This document shows positions 56,259-64,000 of a DNA stretch of 64,000 bases, piece by piece. The stretch is from a virus, in the IMG/VR virus record IMGVR_UViG_3300035162_004467, positions 1-64,000 of that record; one strand, 5' to 3'. The notes below the pieces were generated by a model. It had not been told where the DNA came from. It did no database searches and worked only from the letters and a program-made list of their open reading frames with translations. Both the position numbers and the translations under genes were made by a program. How positions within the stretch are numbered: position 1 is the stretch's first letter; every line of letters begins with the position of its first letter.

Positions 56259-57304
56259 CTGATTACAGATCTATTTTAGAGGACTTAGGTTATAAGCTAA
56301 AAGACCACGGCTCTTATTGGAGAACTAGTGCAGTCTACAGGTCTGGGGGCAATAATACTGCCCTTCAAATTTACAAAGACACTGGAGTCTGGAAAGATTA
56401 TGTGGAGGATTCTATATTCCTTCCGTTTGAAGCGTTACTTCAAAAAACTCTCAATACAAACGATAAGAATGTTTTAAGTTCTTATTTAAAGACTGATGGT
56501 GTAAATATATATGAACGCACCAAAAAAAAGCATCTTTTGAGTGAGGAAAAAACATACCCAGACACTTGTTTGAATAGGCTATTGCCTCATTATGATTTTT
56601 ATTTTAATAGAGGAATCTCAGAAGATACTCTCAAAAAATTTAAATGTGGGCTAGCTATGTCTGGCAAAATGTATCAGCGAGTTATATTCCCTATCTCACG
56701 CTCTGATGGTAAGATACATGGGTTTTCAGGTCGCAAGGTAACAGATGACCCTAGACCTAAGTGGTTACACAATGGGCGTTGTTCAGACTGGTTCTATCCT
56801 TACTATACTATAGATGATGTTGCTGCTGCAATTCAGGAGCATCGTTGCGTATATGTCGTAGAATCTATTGGAGACTGTATTTCTTTGTTTGATGCTGGAG
56901 TCAAAAATGTTCTTGTTTCTTTTGGGTTGAATATTTCGCCAAAGTTTATTTCTAAACTACATGGCTTGCCTTTGGATAAAGTCATCATTGCTTTTAATAA
57001 TGATTTTAATTCAGGTTCCAACAGAGGATTTGAAGGTTCGATCAAGTCTATATTTAAACTCTGTGATCAAATTGATTTTGACAAAGTATTCTTTTCTCCT
57101 CCTCCAGAAAATGACTTTGGGGACATGAGCGAGAAGCAAATACATAAATATGTTGAATATTGTGCGTCGATTCAGCATAATGAATCGATGGCTAACGTTA
57201 TTGATTTCGCCAAAGAGATGAATAAGCGAGGAGTCAACAAAACTTTCTCTAGTAATTTGAGAAAGCTTGAAAAGAAATTCGACTTCCATTATGGAGAAAT
57301 CTGA
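56255..57304 (+). CDS. dnaG: DNA primase (Toprim)
   Basis: RGIS, RVIFPI, GFSGR, PKW, VVESIGD, FNND, NDFGDM. Confidence 0.85.
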   Translation: MTDYRSILEDLGYKLKDHGSYWRTSAVYRSGGNNTALQIYKDTGVWKDYVEDSIFLPFEALLQKTLNTNDKNVLSSYLKTDGVNIYERTKKKHLLSEEKTYPDTCLNRLLPHYDFYFNRGISEDTLKKFKCGLAMSGKMYQRVIFPISRSDGKIHGFSGRKVTDDPRPKWLHNGRCSDWFYPYYTIDDVAAAIQEHRCVYVVESIGDCISLFDAGVKNVLVSFGLNISPKFISKLHGLPLDKVIIAFNNDFNSGSNRGFEGSIKSIFKLCDQIDFDKVFFSPPPENDFGDMSEKQIHKYVEYCASIQHNESMANVIDFAKEMNKRGVNKTFSSNLRKLEKKFDFHYGEI

Positions 57305-58337
57305 AAATAAGCCCTTATCAGCATCTCGCATCAAAACGATGCAAACCTGCACTTGGCAATATTGGGCGAAGTATCACTTGCGTTTGCCAGACAAGTCTAA
57401 TCACGGCTCTCTTCGTGGAACCATTTGTCACGCAGTATTTGAGAATCTAGGAAATCCTCGTCATAGAAAGCACTATAGAGCGATTATAAAGGCTCAAGAT
57501 ATAAATGTCAGTTCTTCGATCAAGAGAATGGTGGAAGCTTATGCCAAAAAGTATGAGATAGACGATTTCGAAAATATGGATTTGATCAACAAGATGACAG
57601 TTGAGGGTCTAAATTTTGATTTCTTTGGAGACACAGATAGTAAGCCCACAGAATCCATCTCTGAGAAAGATTTCGATATATCTGTAGCAGATGGAGATAA
57701 AAACTATAGAATCTTAGGATTTATTGACAAACTCTTTTTGTTCAAGAGGAGGAAGACTGCTATCATTAGAGACTTTAAAACTTCTAAAAGTATTTTTGAG
57801 GGCAAAGAGTATTCGGACAATATGCAGGACTACATGTATTGCCTTGCGGTAAAATATCTATACCCAGAATACCTAAAACGCAAGATGGAATTTTTATTTT
57901 TAAAATTTGACCTTGAAGGGGAAGGTTGTTTGGAAATGCAACCACTAGACGACTTAGATTTAGAGGGCTTCGAATACTTCTTAACTGACATCCAAAAAGT
58001 CATCAATAACTTTAATGAAAAAACAGCCGTAAGTGGACTTGCTTGGGACAAGGGATACCCTGCAAAAGAAGATGGGTTTGCGGGTAAGATTGTTTGCGGT
58101 AGGGCGACTTACGTTGGTCAGTTAAAAAAGAATGGAGACTTGATGTGGCATTGTCCGTTTAAGTTCCCATTTGATTATTATCATCTACTTGGCGACAACG
58201 ATAAGTTCATTAAATCCTCTTATGTCAAAAAAGACTTGCAATACATGCTCGACGAAGGAGTGGGAACTCATATCGAAAGCAAAAAATATTCAGGATGCCC
58301 TTCTTTTTCATTTGACAAGTCGGTAGATCTTATTTAG
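57291..58337 (+). CDS. PD-(D/E)XK exonuclease, Cas4/RecB/AddB-like
   Basis: LSASRI...C, GTICH, E..F, GFIDKL, DFKTS, Q...Y, and three C-terminal Cys. Confidence 0.85.
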   Translation: MEKSENKPLSASRIKTMQTCTWQYWAKYHLRLPDKSNHGSLRGTICHAVFENLGNPRHRKHYRAIIKAQDINVSSSIKRMVEAYAKKYEIDDFENMDLINKMTVEGLNFDFFGDTDSKPTESISEKDFDISVADGDKNYRILGFIDKLFLFKRRKTAIIRDFKTSKSIFEGKEYSDNMQDYMYCLAVKYLYPEYLKRKMEFLFLKFDLEGEGCLEMQPLDDLDLEGFEYFLTDIQKVINNFNEKTAVSGLAWDKGYPAKEDGFAGKIVCGRATYVGQLKKNGDLMWHCPFKFPFDYYHLLGDNDKFIKSSYVKKDLQYMLDEGVGTHIESKKYSGCPSFSFDKSVDLI

Positions 58338-58346
58338 GATCTAGCC
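58312..58346 (+). promoter_or_regulatory. sigma70 promoter, leaderless
   Basis: TTGACA-17-TAGGAT-6-ATG. Confidence 0.7.
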
Positions 58347-59048
58347 ATGGTTCCTCTTTTTAAGAGTCAATTCAGTGTAGGAAAGTCTATCCTCACCTCA
58401 GAGAAAATATTAGACATAGCTAAAATAAACCAATTAGAAAAGGTTGTTTTATTGGAGGATACTTTTTATGGGTTTAGGGTATTCAATAAGCTCTTTCAGG
58501 AGGAAGGAATCCCTCTTGTTTTTGGATTGAGAATATCTGTTGTTAATACGGATGGAGATTTTAATGAAAAACCTAGCAAGCTAGCTATTTTTGCAAAAAA
58601 TAATCAAGGAATACAAGATTTAAAGAGGATATCTTCTAATGCAGCTTTGAATGATCGGAACTCTCTAGTCTTGTCTGAATATGGCGAAAGTGATTTTGAG
58701 AATCTAAAGGTTTGCGTCCCCTTCTACGATTCTTATGTATTTAATAATTTATTCCACTTTGGGCTATCCCACATAGATATTAAACATTTAGATCCAGTTT
58801 ACTTTATCGAAGATAATAATCACCCATTTGATTTCCAAATCAAGTCTGTTATTGACAATCTGGGAGTAAAAACTCAAACTGCAAAAACAATCCTCCACCA
58901 CAACAAAGATGAATTTGAGGCTTTGCAAATGTATAAGGCTTCTTGTAGTAGATCTCAAGGACGAGCGCCTACTTTTCAAAGACCAAACTTAGACCACTTC
59001 TGTTCAGATAATTTCTGTTGGGAGTCTTATAAAGATGTTACCGTATAA
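58347..59048 (+). CDS. Stand-alone PHP domain of DNA polymerase III alpha (probably metal-site degenerate)
   Basis: PLFKSQFSVGKS, I..G.R, LAIFAKNNQGIQDLKRISS, matching the DnaE N-terminus. Confidence 0.75.
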   Translation: MVPLFKSQFSVGKSILTSEKILDIAKINQLEKVVLLEDTFYGFRVFNKLFQEEGIPLVFGLRISVVNTDGDFNEKPSKLAIFAKNNQGIQDLKRISSNAALNDRNSLVLSEYGESDFENLKVCVPFYDSYVFNNLFHFGLSHIDIKHLDPVYFIEDNNHPFDFQIKSVIDNLGVKTQTAKTILHHNKDEFEALQMYKASCSRSQGRAPTFQRPNLDHFCSDNFCWESYKDVTV

Positions 59049-59649
59049 TCAAAAATATTTAGTATTCGATACTGAGACGGAGGGTTTGAATCTTCATTCT
59101 TCTCGCACTTGGCAAGTCTCTTGGCTTATATGTCAGGGAGGTAGGGTTTTGAAAGAAAATGATCGGTATATAAACCACAACAATCTACAGATAAATTCAG
59201 TTGTAGCTAAATTAACGGGTTTTTCTTGGGAAGAATATGATCGAAGGAAGGAGCCTTTGAAAAATGTCTGGTCTGATTTTAAAAAAGATTTATTCAATCC
59301 TGAGTATAAGGTTGTTGGTCAAAATTTATTAGGTTTTGATGTTTATATGGTAGCAGCGATGCAAAGAGCTTTGGGTGAGATCCCAGACTATAGTTACTTA
59401 GAAAGAATTTACGATACTAGAGCTTTCGGCAAGGCTTACAGGGAAGATCTTGGCAAACCCAAGAAGGATTTATTGAGTTGGCAGTATAAGATAATTCATG
59501 ACCGATCCCTCAAGGCGAGAGTTTCTCAAAATCAGTTGCTCAAATTCTTCGGTATAGAATTTGAGGAAGATAAACTGCATGATGCCTTATATGATAACAA
59601 GATGTGCTTTAAGGTTTTTTCTGCACTTAAAAAAGAAATGAATTTGTGA
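59035..59649 (+). CDS. DEDDh 3'-5' exonuclease (epsilon-like)
   Basis: FDTETEG, QN..GFD, YDT, HDALYD. Confidence 0.88.
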   Translation: MLPYNQKYLVFDTETEGLNLHSSRTWQVSWLICQGGRVLKENDRYINHNNLQINSVVAKLTGFSWEEYDRRKEPLKNVWSDFKKDLFNPEYKVVGQNLLGFDVYMVAAMQRALGEIPDYSYLERIYDTRAFGKAYREDLGKPKKDLLSWQYKIIHDRSLKARVSQNQLLKFFGIEFEEDKLHDALYDNKMCFKVFSALKKEMNL

Positions 59650-62210
59650 TGTTTGAAGATTTTTCTATTTATGATGATTGTGAGCCGCTTGGTGTGGAAT
59701 TGCCAAAGACTTCAGTGAGCGAAACTGTTTTGAAGAGCATCGACCTTGATAAAAAAAGCTCGACTAAAGAGATCATGTATGAGCTTGCTCGTAAGGGTTT
59801 ACGAGACAAGGGCATTACAAACTTTAGTAATAAAAAAGAATATTTTGATAGGACTATACAAGAGCTAGAAACTTTCGAAGAGCTTGGGTTTACAGATTAT
59901 ATTTTGTTGAACTGGGATGTTCTAAACTTCTGTCATGAGAATAAAATTCCTACTGGAGCAGGTCGCGGCTCCGCTGCTGGGTCTTTAGTTTTGTATTTGC
60001 TTGGGGTCACTAATATTGATCCTATCCCTCATAATTTGTTCTTTGAACGTTTTGTATCAAAGAGTCGTGCTAAAAAAGTTTACGATAAACGAAACAAAGA
60101 GTTCCTTGTTGGTAGTCTTCTTCCTGACGTTGACTCAGATATTAGTTACGATCAGAGGCAAAAAGTGATTCAATATATTGAAAAAAAACATGAGGGCAGG
60201 ACAGCAAAGATCTTAACCTTCAACACTTTTAGTTCCAAGCTTTGCATCAGAGAAGCCACTAAGTATTTTGATGAAGCTAAGGAAGACCAAGCTAATTCGG
60301 TTAGTGACATGATCCCCAAGCTTCATGGTAAGGTGTCCTCTTTAGAGAGCGCGAGAGAAGAGAATGAAAGGTTTGACAGTTGGGCAATTAAACATGATAG
60401 GACTTTTGTCAATGCTAAGAGGATTGAGAATCTAATTAAAAATACGGGTGTTCATCCATCTGGCATTGCTATTTGCTCACAATCAATCGGAGATGTTGTG
60501 CCTCTTCAAAAGACCAAAGATGGAGACTTGATAACAGGCTATAACATGCATGATGTCGCTGACCTTATGGTTAAGTTCGATATTCTTGGACTAAGAACAC
60601 TTACAATCGCTCACAGAACTTGTGACAAAATTGGGATTAGCGTAGATGATATAGATGCTAATGACTCATTCATATACGATAAACTTCAAAGTTACAACCA
60701 CCCAGAAGGTCTTTTCCAAATCTCTGCGGATACTAACTTTAGGGTTTGCCAAGAAGTTAAGCCAGATAATCTAGACGAGCTTTCTGACGTTGTCGCTCTG
60801 GCTCGCCCCGCTGCCTTGCAATTCGTTGCTGAGTATTGTAACCAGAAGATGGCTCCTTCTGATTTGAATCTTCACCCAGAGTTAGATAAGATTCTTTCTT
60901 GGTCTAAAAATGTTATCTTGTACCAAGAGCAGTTGATGCAAATTGCTCACAAGGTGTTTGGGTTTACACTTGAAGAGGCTGAAACACTTAGGCGTATCGT
61001 TGGTAAGAAGAAAGTTGATGAGATGCCAGCATGGGAAGAAAAAATTTATACTGCTGGAGAAAAGCTTGGTCTTGGAGAAGAGATTTGTAAATTCTACTGG
61101 GACGCTCTTGATGCTTCTGCGAACTATTCCTTTAATAAGTCCCACAGTTTTGCTTACGCTGAATTAGCAGCGAAGACTGTATACTTAAAATACAAATACC
61201 CTAGAGAGTTTTTCTTATCTGTTCTTGAGTCTTCTGAGTTCGACCCAGATCCTTTGGGAGTTGTCTCTTCTGTCCATCAAGAGTTAGACTACTTTGGTAT
61301 TAAATTACTTCCCCCGAATTTATTTAAATCGAAAATGAATTTTTCTATTGAGGGAGATGATATCAGATATGGTCTAAATGGCATTAAAGGCATTTCCTCT
61401 AAATCTAAAGAGGGTCTTTTGTCTTTCAAAGGGTCAGATGGTTTTGAAGGTAAGTATGATGTATTCGCTGCTGCAAAGAATTGTGGCATTAACATTTCGG
61501 TATTAGCTGCTTTGATCCAAGCAGGAGCTATGGACGAGTCTACAAACAAAAGAGGAAGACTAGTTTTAGAGGCTCAAGCTTTCAACATCTTGACAGATAG
61601 GGAGAAGAGAAATTTTAATCTATTTAAAGAGAGGTTCGGCGATGATATTCTAAAAGCAATATCAGAAGTGATGAGGGTAAATGCTGTTGCTGATGATGGC
61701 CGTCCAATAATGAAGGAGTCTAGGTTTGAGACTTTTAAGAGGAACTTCAAGAACTATAAAGAAATTTTTGACAAAAATAAGCCATTCCAGAAGTTTTGTA
61801 ATTGGTGGTATGAGAACACTTTGCTGGGCTATAGTTACTCTTTCGATTTGAGAGATTGCTTCGAAGATGAATTTGGCTCCATGAGCTGTTTAAGAGACGT
61901 AGATGAAATCTCAGAAAGAACAAGCTTCAAGGTGGTTTGCCAAGTAAAAGATTTTTTTACGAACATATCTCAAAGCGGTAATAAGTATATGATGATTCAT
62001 GGTTCTGACAATACAGGATCAGCTAAATTCTTAATTATGGATAATTCTAGATCAAGCACTCTCTCTGATTTTCTCTCACAATACAAAATATCAAAAGATT
62101 GCATTTTGGTCTTGAACGCCAGCAAGGGTCGTGGTACTAGTTTTGTGAACTCAGCGAGGGTGGTCGATACAAAGATTATGATGAAGCTGAAAGATCTGAA
62201 TAAAAAATGA
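59646..62210 (+). CDS. dnaE: DNA polymerase III alpha catalytic subunit (PHP-less)
   Basis: GRGSAAGSLV, LFFERF, PDVDSD, GVHPSG, KFDILGL, YQEQLM, YSFNKSH, and a C-terminal OB fold. Confidence 0.93.
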   Translation: MMFEDFSIYDDCEPLGVELPKTSVSETVLKSIDLDKKSSTKEIMYELARKGLRDKGITNFSNKKEYFDRTIQELETFEELGFTDYILLNWDVLNFCHENKIPTGAGRGSAAGSLVLYLLGVTNIDPIPHNLFFERFVSKSRAKKVYDKRNKEFLVGSLLPDVDSDISYDQRQKVIQYIEKKHEGRTAKILTFNTFSSKLCIREATKYFDEAKEDQANSVSDMIPKLHGKVSSLESAREENERFDSWAIKHDRTFVNAKRIENLIKNTGVHPSGIAICSQSIGDVVPLQKTKDGDLITGYNMHDVADLMVKFDILGLRTLTIAHRTCDKIGISVDDIDANDSFIYDKLQSYNHPEGLFQISADTNFRVCQEVKPDNLDELSDVVALARPAALQFVAEYCNQKMAPSDLNLHPELDKILSWSKNVILYQEQLMQIAHKVFGFTLEEAETLRRIVGKKKVDEMPAWEEKIYTAGEKLGLGEEICKFYWDALDASANYSFNKSHSFAYAELAAKTVYLKYKYPREFFLSVLESSEFDPDPLGVVSSVHQELDYFGIKLLPPNLFKSKMNFSIEGDDIRYGLNGIKGISSKSKEGLLSFKGSDGFEGKYDVFAAAKNCGINISVLAALIQAGAMDESTNKRGRLVLEAQAFNILTDREKRNFNLFKERFGDDILKAISEVMRVNAVADDGRPIMKESRFETFKRNFKNYKEIFDKNKPFQKFCNWWYENTLLGYSYSFDLRDCFEDEFGSMSCLRDVDEISERTSFKVVCQVKDFFTNISQSGNKYMMIHGSDNTGSAKFLIMDNSRSSTLSDFLSQYKISKDCILVLNASKGRGTSFVNSARVVDTKIMMKLKDLNKK

Positions 62211-64000
62211 TTGATTTAACTTTTACTCCTCAAATTAGGTCTGTATTCGAAAAGTCTCGTGACTTGTCTCTTGATTTGAAGAGGAACGGTGTGGATATGG
62301 ACATATTCTTCCACTGTTTCATTCATGACCTTAGTTTGTCTTGTCAGACTATACTGGATAAATATAGATGCCTCAATGCCTTGAAATTGGCCTCTAAGAA
62401 GGTTATGTCCGAGAAGAAAGAGACTAAAGTAATTTCTAAGAGATACACCCCCAAGTTAAATAAATTTATTGAGTATTGTGAAATAACGCAGTTGGAGTTT
62501 TTTGGAGGAGATTATATTTCGCCAGAAATAATCCTTTTAAACTTTCTTAATGAAGACTATACTCCCAAGGCTTTTTCTGAAGTTTTAGATCAGGACATAC
62601 ATACAGATTTGGTTTATGATATATCAAAGTTTTGTCGGGACGAGGATGTTGAAGAAGAGATACAAGATGGTTCATGGGAATCTCTTTCCAAAGATGTCAC
62701 AGAAGATTGGATAGACATGTTTGATGAAAACCCAACTCTTGATCAGTTCGCAGAAAATTTAAATTTGAAAGCTTCCCGCCAAGAGTTTGATAAAATAGTA
62801 GATTTTGATGATAAAATATCAGAGATAGCCACCATCCTTTGTCGGAAGAAAAAGCCAAATGCAATTTTAGTGGGACCAGCGGGAACTGGTAAAACATCTT
62901 TGATTGAAGGATTAGCGTCTCAAATCGTCAATGGAGAAGCTCCAGAGCTTATTGCTAATAAAGTGATCTACTCTCTTAGCTTGTCTAGTATGGTTGCTGG
63001 AACGCAGTATCGTGGTCAGTTTGAAGAGAGGTTGGAAAAGTTTGTGGATGAAATTAAGAAGTACAATAATATTATTTTGTTTATTGACGAAGTCCATACT
63101 CTTGTCGGGGCTGGAGGAACTACAGAAAATTCTTTAGAAGCTTCTAATATACTCAAGCCTGAGCTTGCTCGTGGTACTATTAGTTGCATTGGAGCTACCA
63201 CAATTAACGAATATACAAACACGATTAAAAAAGACTCTGCTTTAGATCGTCGTTTTGAAAGAGTGGTCATCAAAGAGCCTTCCAAGTTCCAGATGAAGGA
63301 GATCCTACCTACTATAGCTTCTCACTACGAAGACTTTCATGCGGTAAAGTATACTGAAGATTTTATTGATCATGTTATTGATTTCTGTGAGAAATATATC
63401 CCCAATAAATTTTATCCAGATAAGGCGATTGATGTGATTGATCATTGTGGAGCGCAAGCTAAAGTTTCTCACTGGGGAAGCGATAGCTCATTAAAAGACT
63501 TGCGGAAAGAAATAGAAGATAGTGATGTAGATCTTGCCTCAACAGAATCGTTATTGTCATTTGTAACAGGGAAATTATCAGATTGGTCTGAAAGTAAGGA
63601 TGTTGAAGACCCAAATGTTACAATAAAGCATCTTAAAGATTTCTTTTCAAAGAAAGAGAACCCTCTTAGGAAACCAAAAAATTTATCTGACCTCTCTACG
63701 GGCTTGAAGAAAAAGCTTATAGGTAATAACAAGGTTATCGATTCTCTTATTGGATCGATCTCTCTATCTAATTACGGGATGCATAAAAAAGGGGCAGCTC
63801 CTAGTATTTATTGTATCACTGGAGTAGAGTCTAGCGGCAAAAGCTTTTTCTGTTCAACTTTGAAGGATTCTCTTGAGAAAAGTGGGATAAATGTGCTGAA
63901 CTACAGCGGAGTCCATTTTTCTGACGAGTTTGCTAAGTTCAAAGTTTTGCCAGAAGTGATGAACAATACTTCTCTATGTGAGAAGATCAATATCCACCCC
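62207..64000 (+). CDS. ClpA/ClpB/ClpC-family AAA+ ATPase (3'-truncated; not in ORF track)
   Basis: ATG 62207 overlaps the dnaE stop. MIDLTFTPQ Clp-N-like start. In-frame CRKKKPNAILVGPAGTGKT, AGTQYRGQFEERL, LFIDEVH, DSALDRRF, PDKAID. Confidence 0.9.
   Translation, partial: MIDLTFTPQIRSVFEKSRDLSLDLKRNGVDMDIFFHCFIHDLSLSCQTILDKYRCLNALKLASKKVMSEKKETKVISKRYTPKLNKFIEYCEITQLEFFGGDYISPEIILLNFLNEDYTPKAFSEVLDQDIHTDLVYDISKFCRDEDVEEEIQDGSWESLSKDVTEDWIDMFDENPTLDQFAENLNLKASRQEFDKIVDFDDKISEIATILCRKKKPNAILVGPAGTGKTSLIEGLASQIVNGEAPELIANKVIYSLSLSSMVAGTQYRGQFEERLEKFVDEIKKYNNIILFIDEVHTLVGAGGTTENSLEASNILKPELARGTISCIGATTINEYTNTIKKDSALDRRFERVVIKEPSKFQMKEILPTIASHYEDFHAVKYTEDFIDHVIDFCEKYIPNKFYPDKAIDVIDHCGAQAKVSHWGSDSSLKDLRKEIEDSDVDLASTESLLSFVTGKLSDWSESKDVEDPNVTIKHLKDFFSKKENPLRKPKNLSDLSTGLKKKLIGNNKVIDSLIGSISLSNYGMHKKGAAPSIYCITGVESSGKSFFCSTLKDSLEKSGINVLNYSGVHFSDEFAKFKVLPEVMNNTSLCEKINIHP

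Noticed and set aside
1-64000. tRNA genes, introns/inteins, stop-codon reassignment, tail sheath
   Set aside because: No cloverleaf or intein motifs were recognised by eye, terL/nrdA/dnaB/dnaE are uninterrupted, genes tile densely under the standard code, and no sheath-sized gene precedes the tube. A tRNAscan or Infernal run would be needed to be certain.

Overview
A 64-kb piece of a large tailed dsDNA phage genome (Caudoviricetes). No tail-sheath gene is recognisable, so it is probably a siphovirus. 1-6.4 kb: a minus-strand early-type region of small genes, nearly all with their own sigma70-like promoter placed 6-9 nt before the ATG (leaderless). It is punctuated by four copies of an unexplained 75-bp element: 25-bp palindrome, 25-bp GC-rich core, 25-bp palindrome. 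6.5-36 kb (+): PhoH, a phage sigma factor, a C2H2-ERCC4 nuclease, terminase, portal, protease/scaffold, capsid, neck, tail tube, chaperones, tape measure (apparently carrying an embedded nuclease-like cargo) and tail-tip genes. 36-43.4 kb (mostly -): an SSAP-like protein, three glycosyltransferases, an SSB-like protein and a second sigma factor. 43.7-64 kb (+): a class Id-type ribonucleotide reductase, Hsp20, a glycosyl/methyltransferase + Gmd cluster, RecA, DnaB, DnaG, a Cas4/RecB-like nuclease, a DnaE split into PHP, exonuclease and polymerase genes, and a ClpA/B/C-like ATPase that runs off the end. The best novelty candidates are the 25-25-25 elements, the motif-delimited cargo in the tape measure, and S/T-G-rich virion proteins that accompany a large glycosylation cluster. 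All protein calls come from reading motifs and synteny by eye. No database searches were run.
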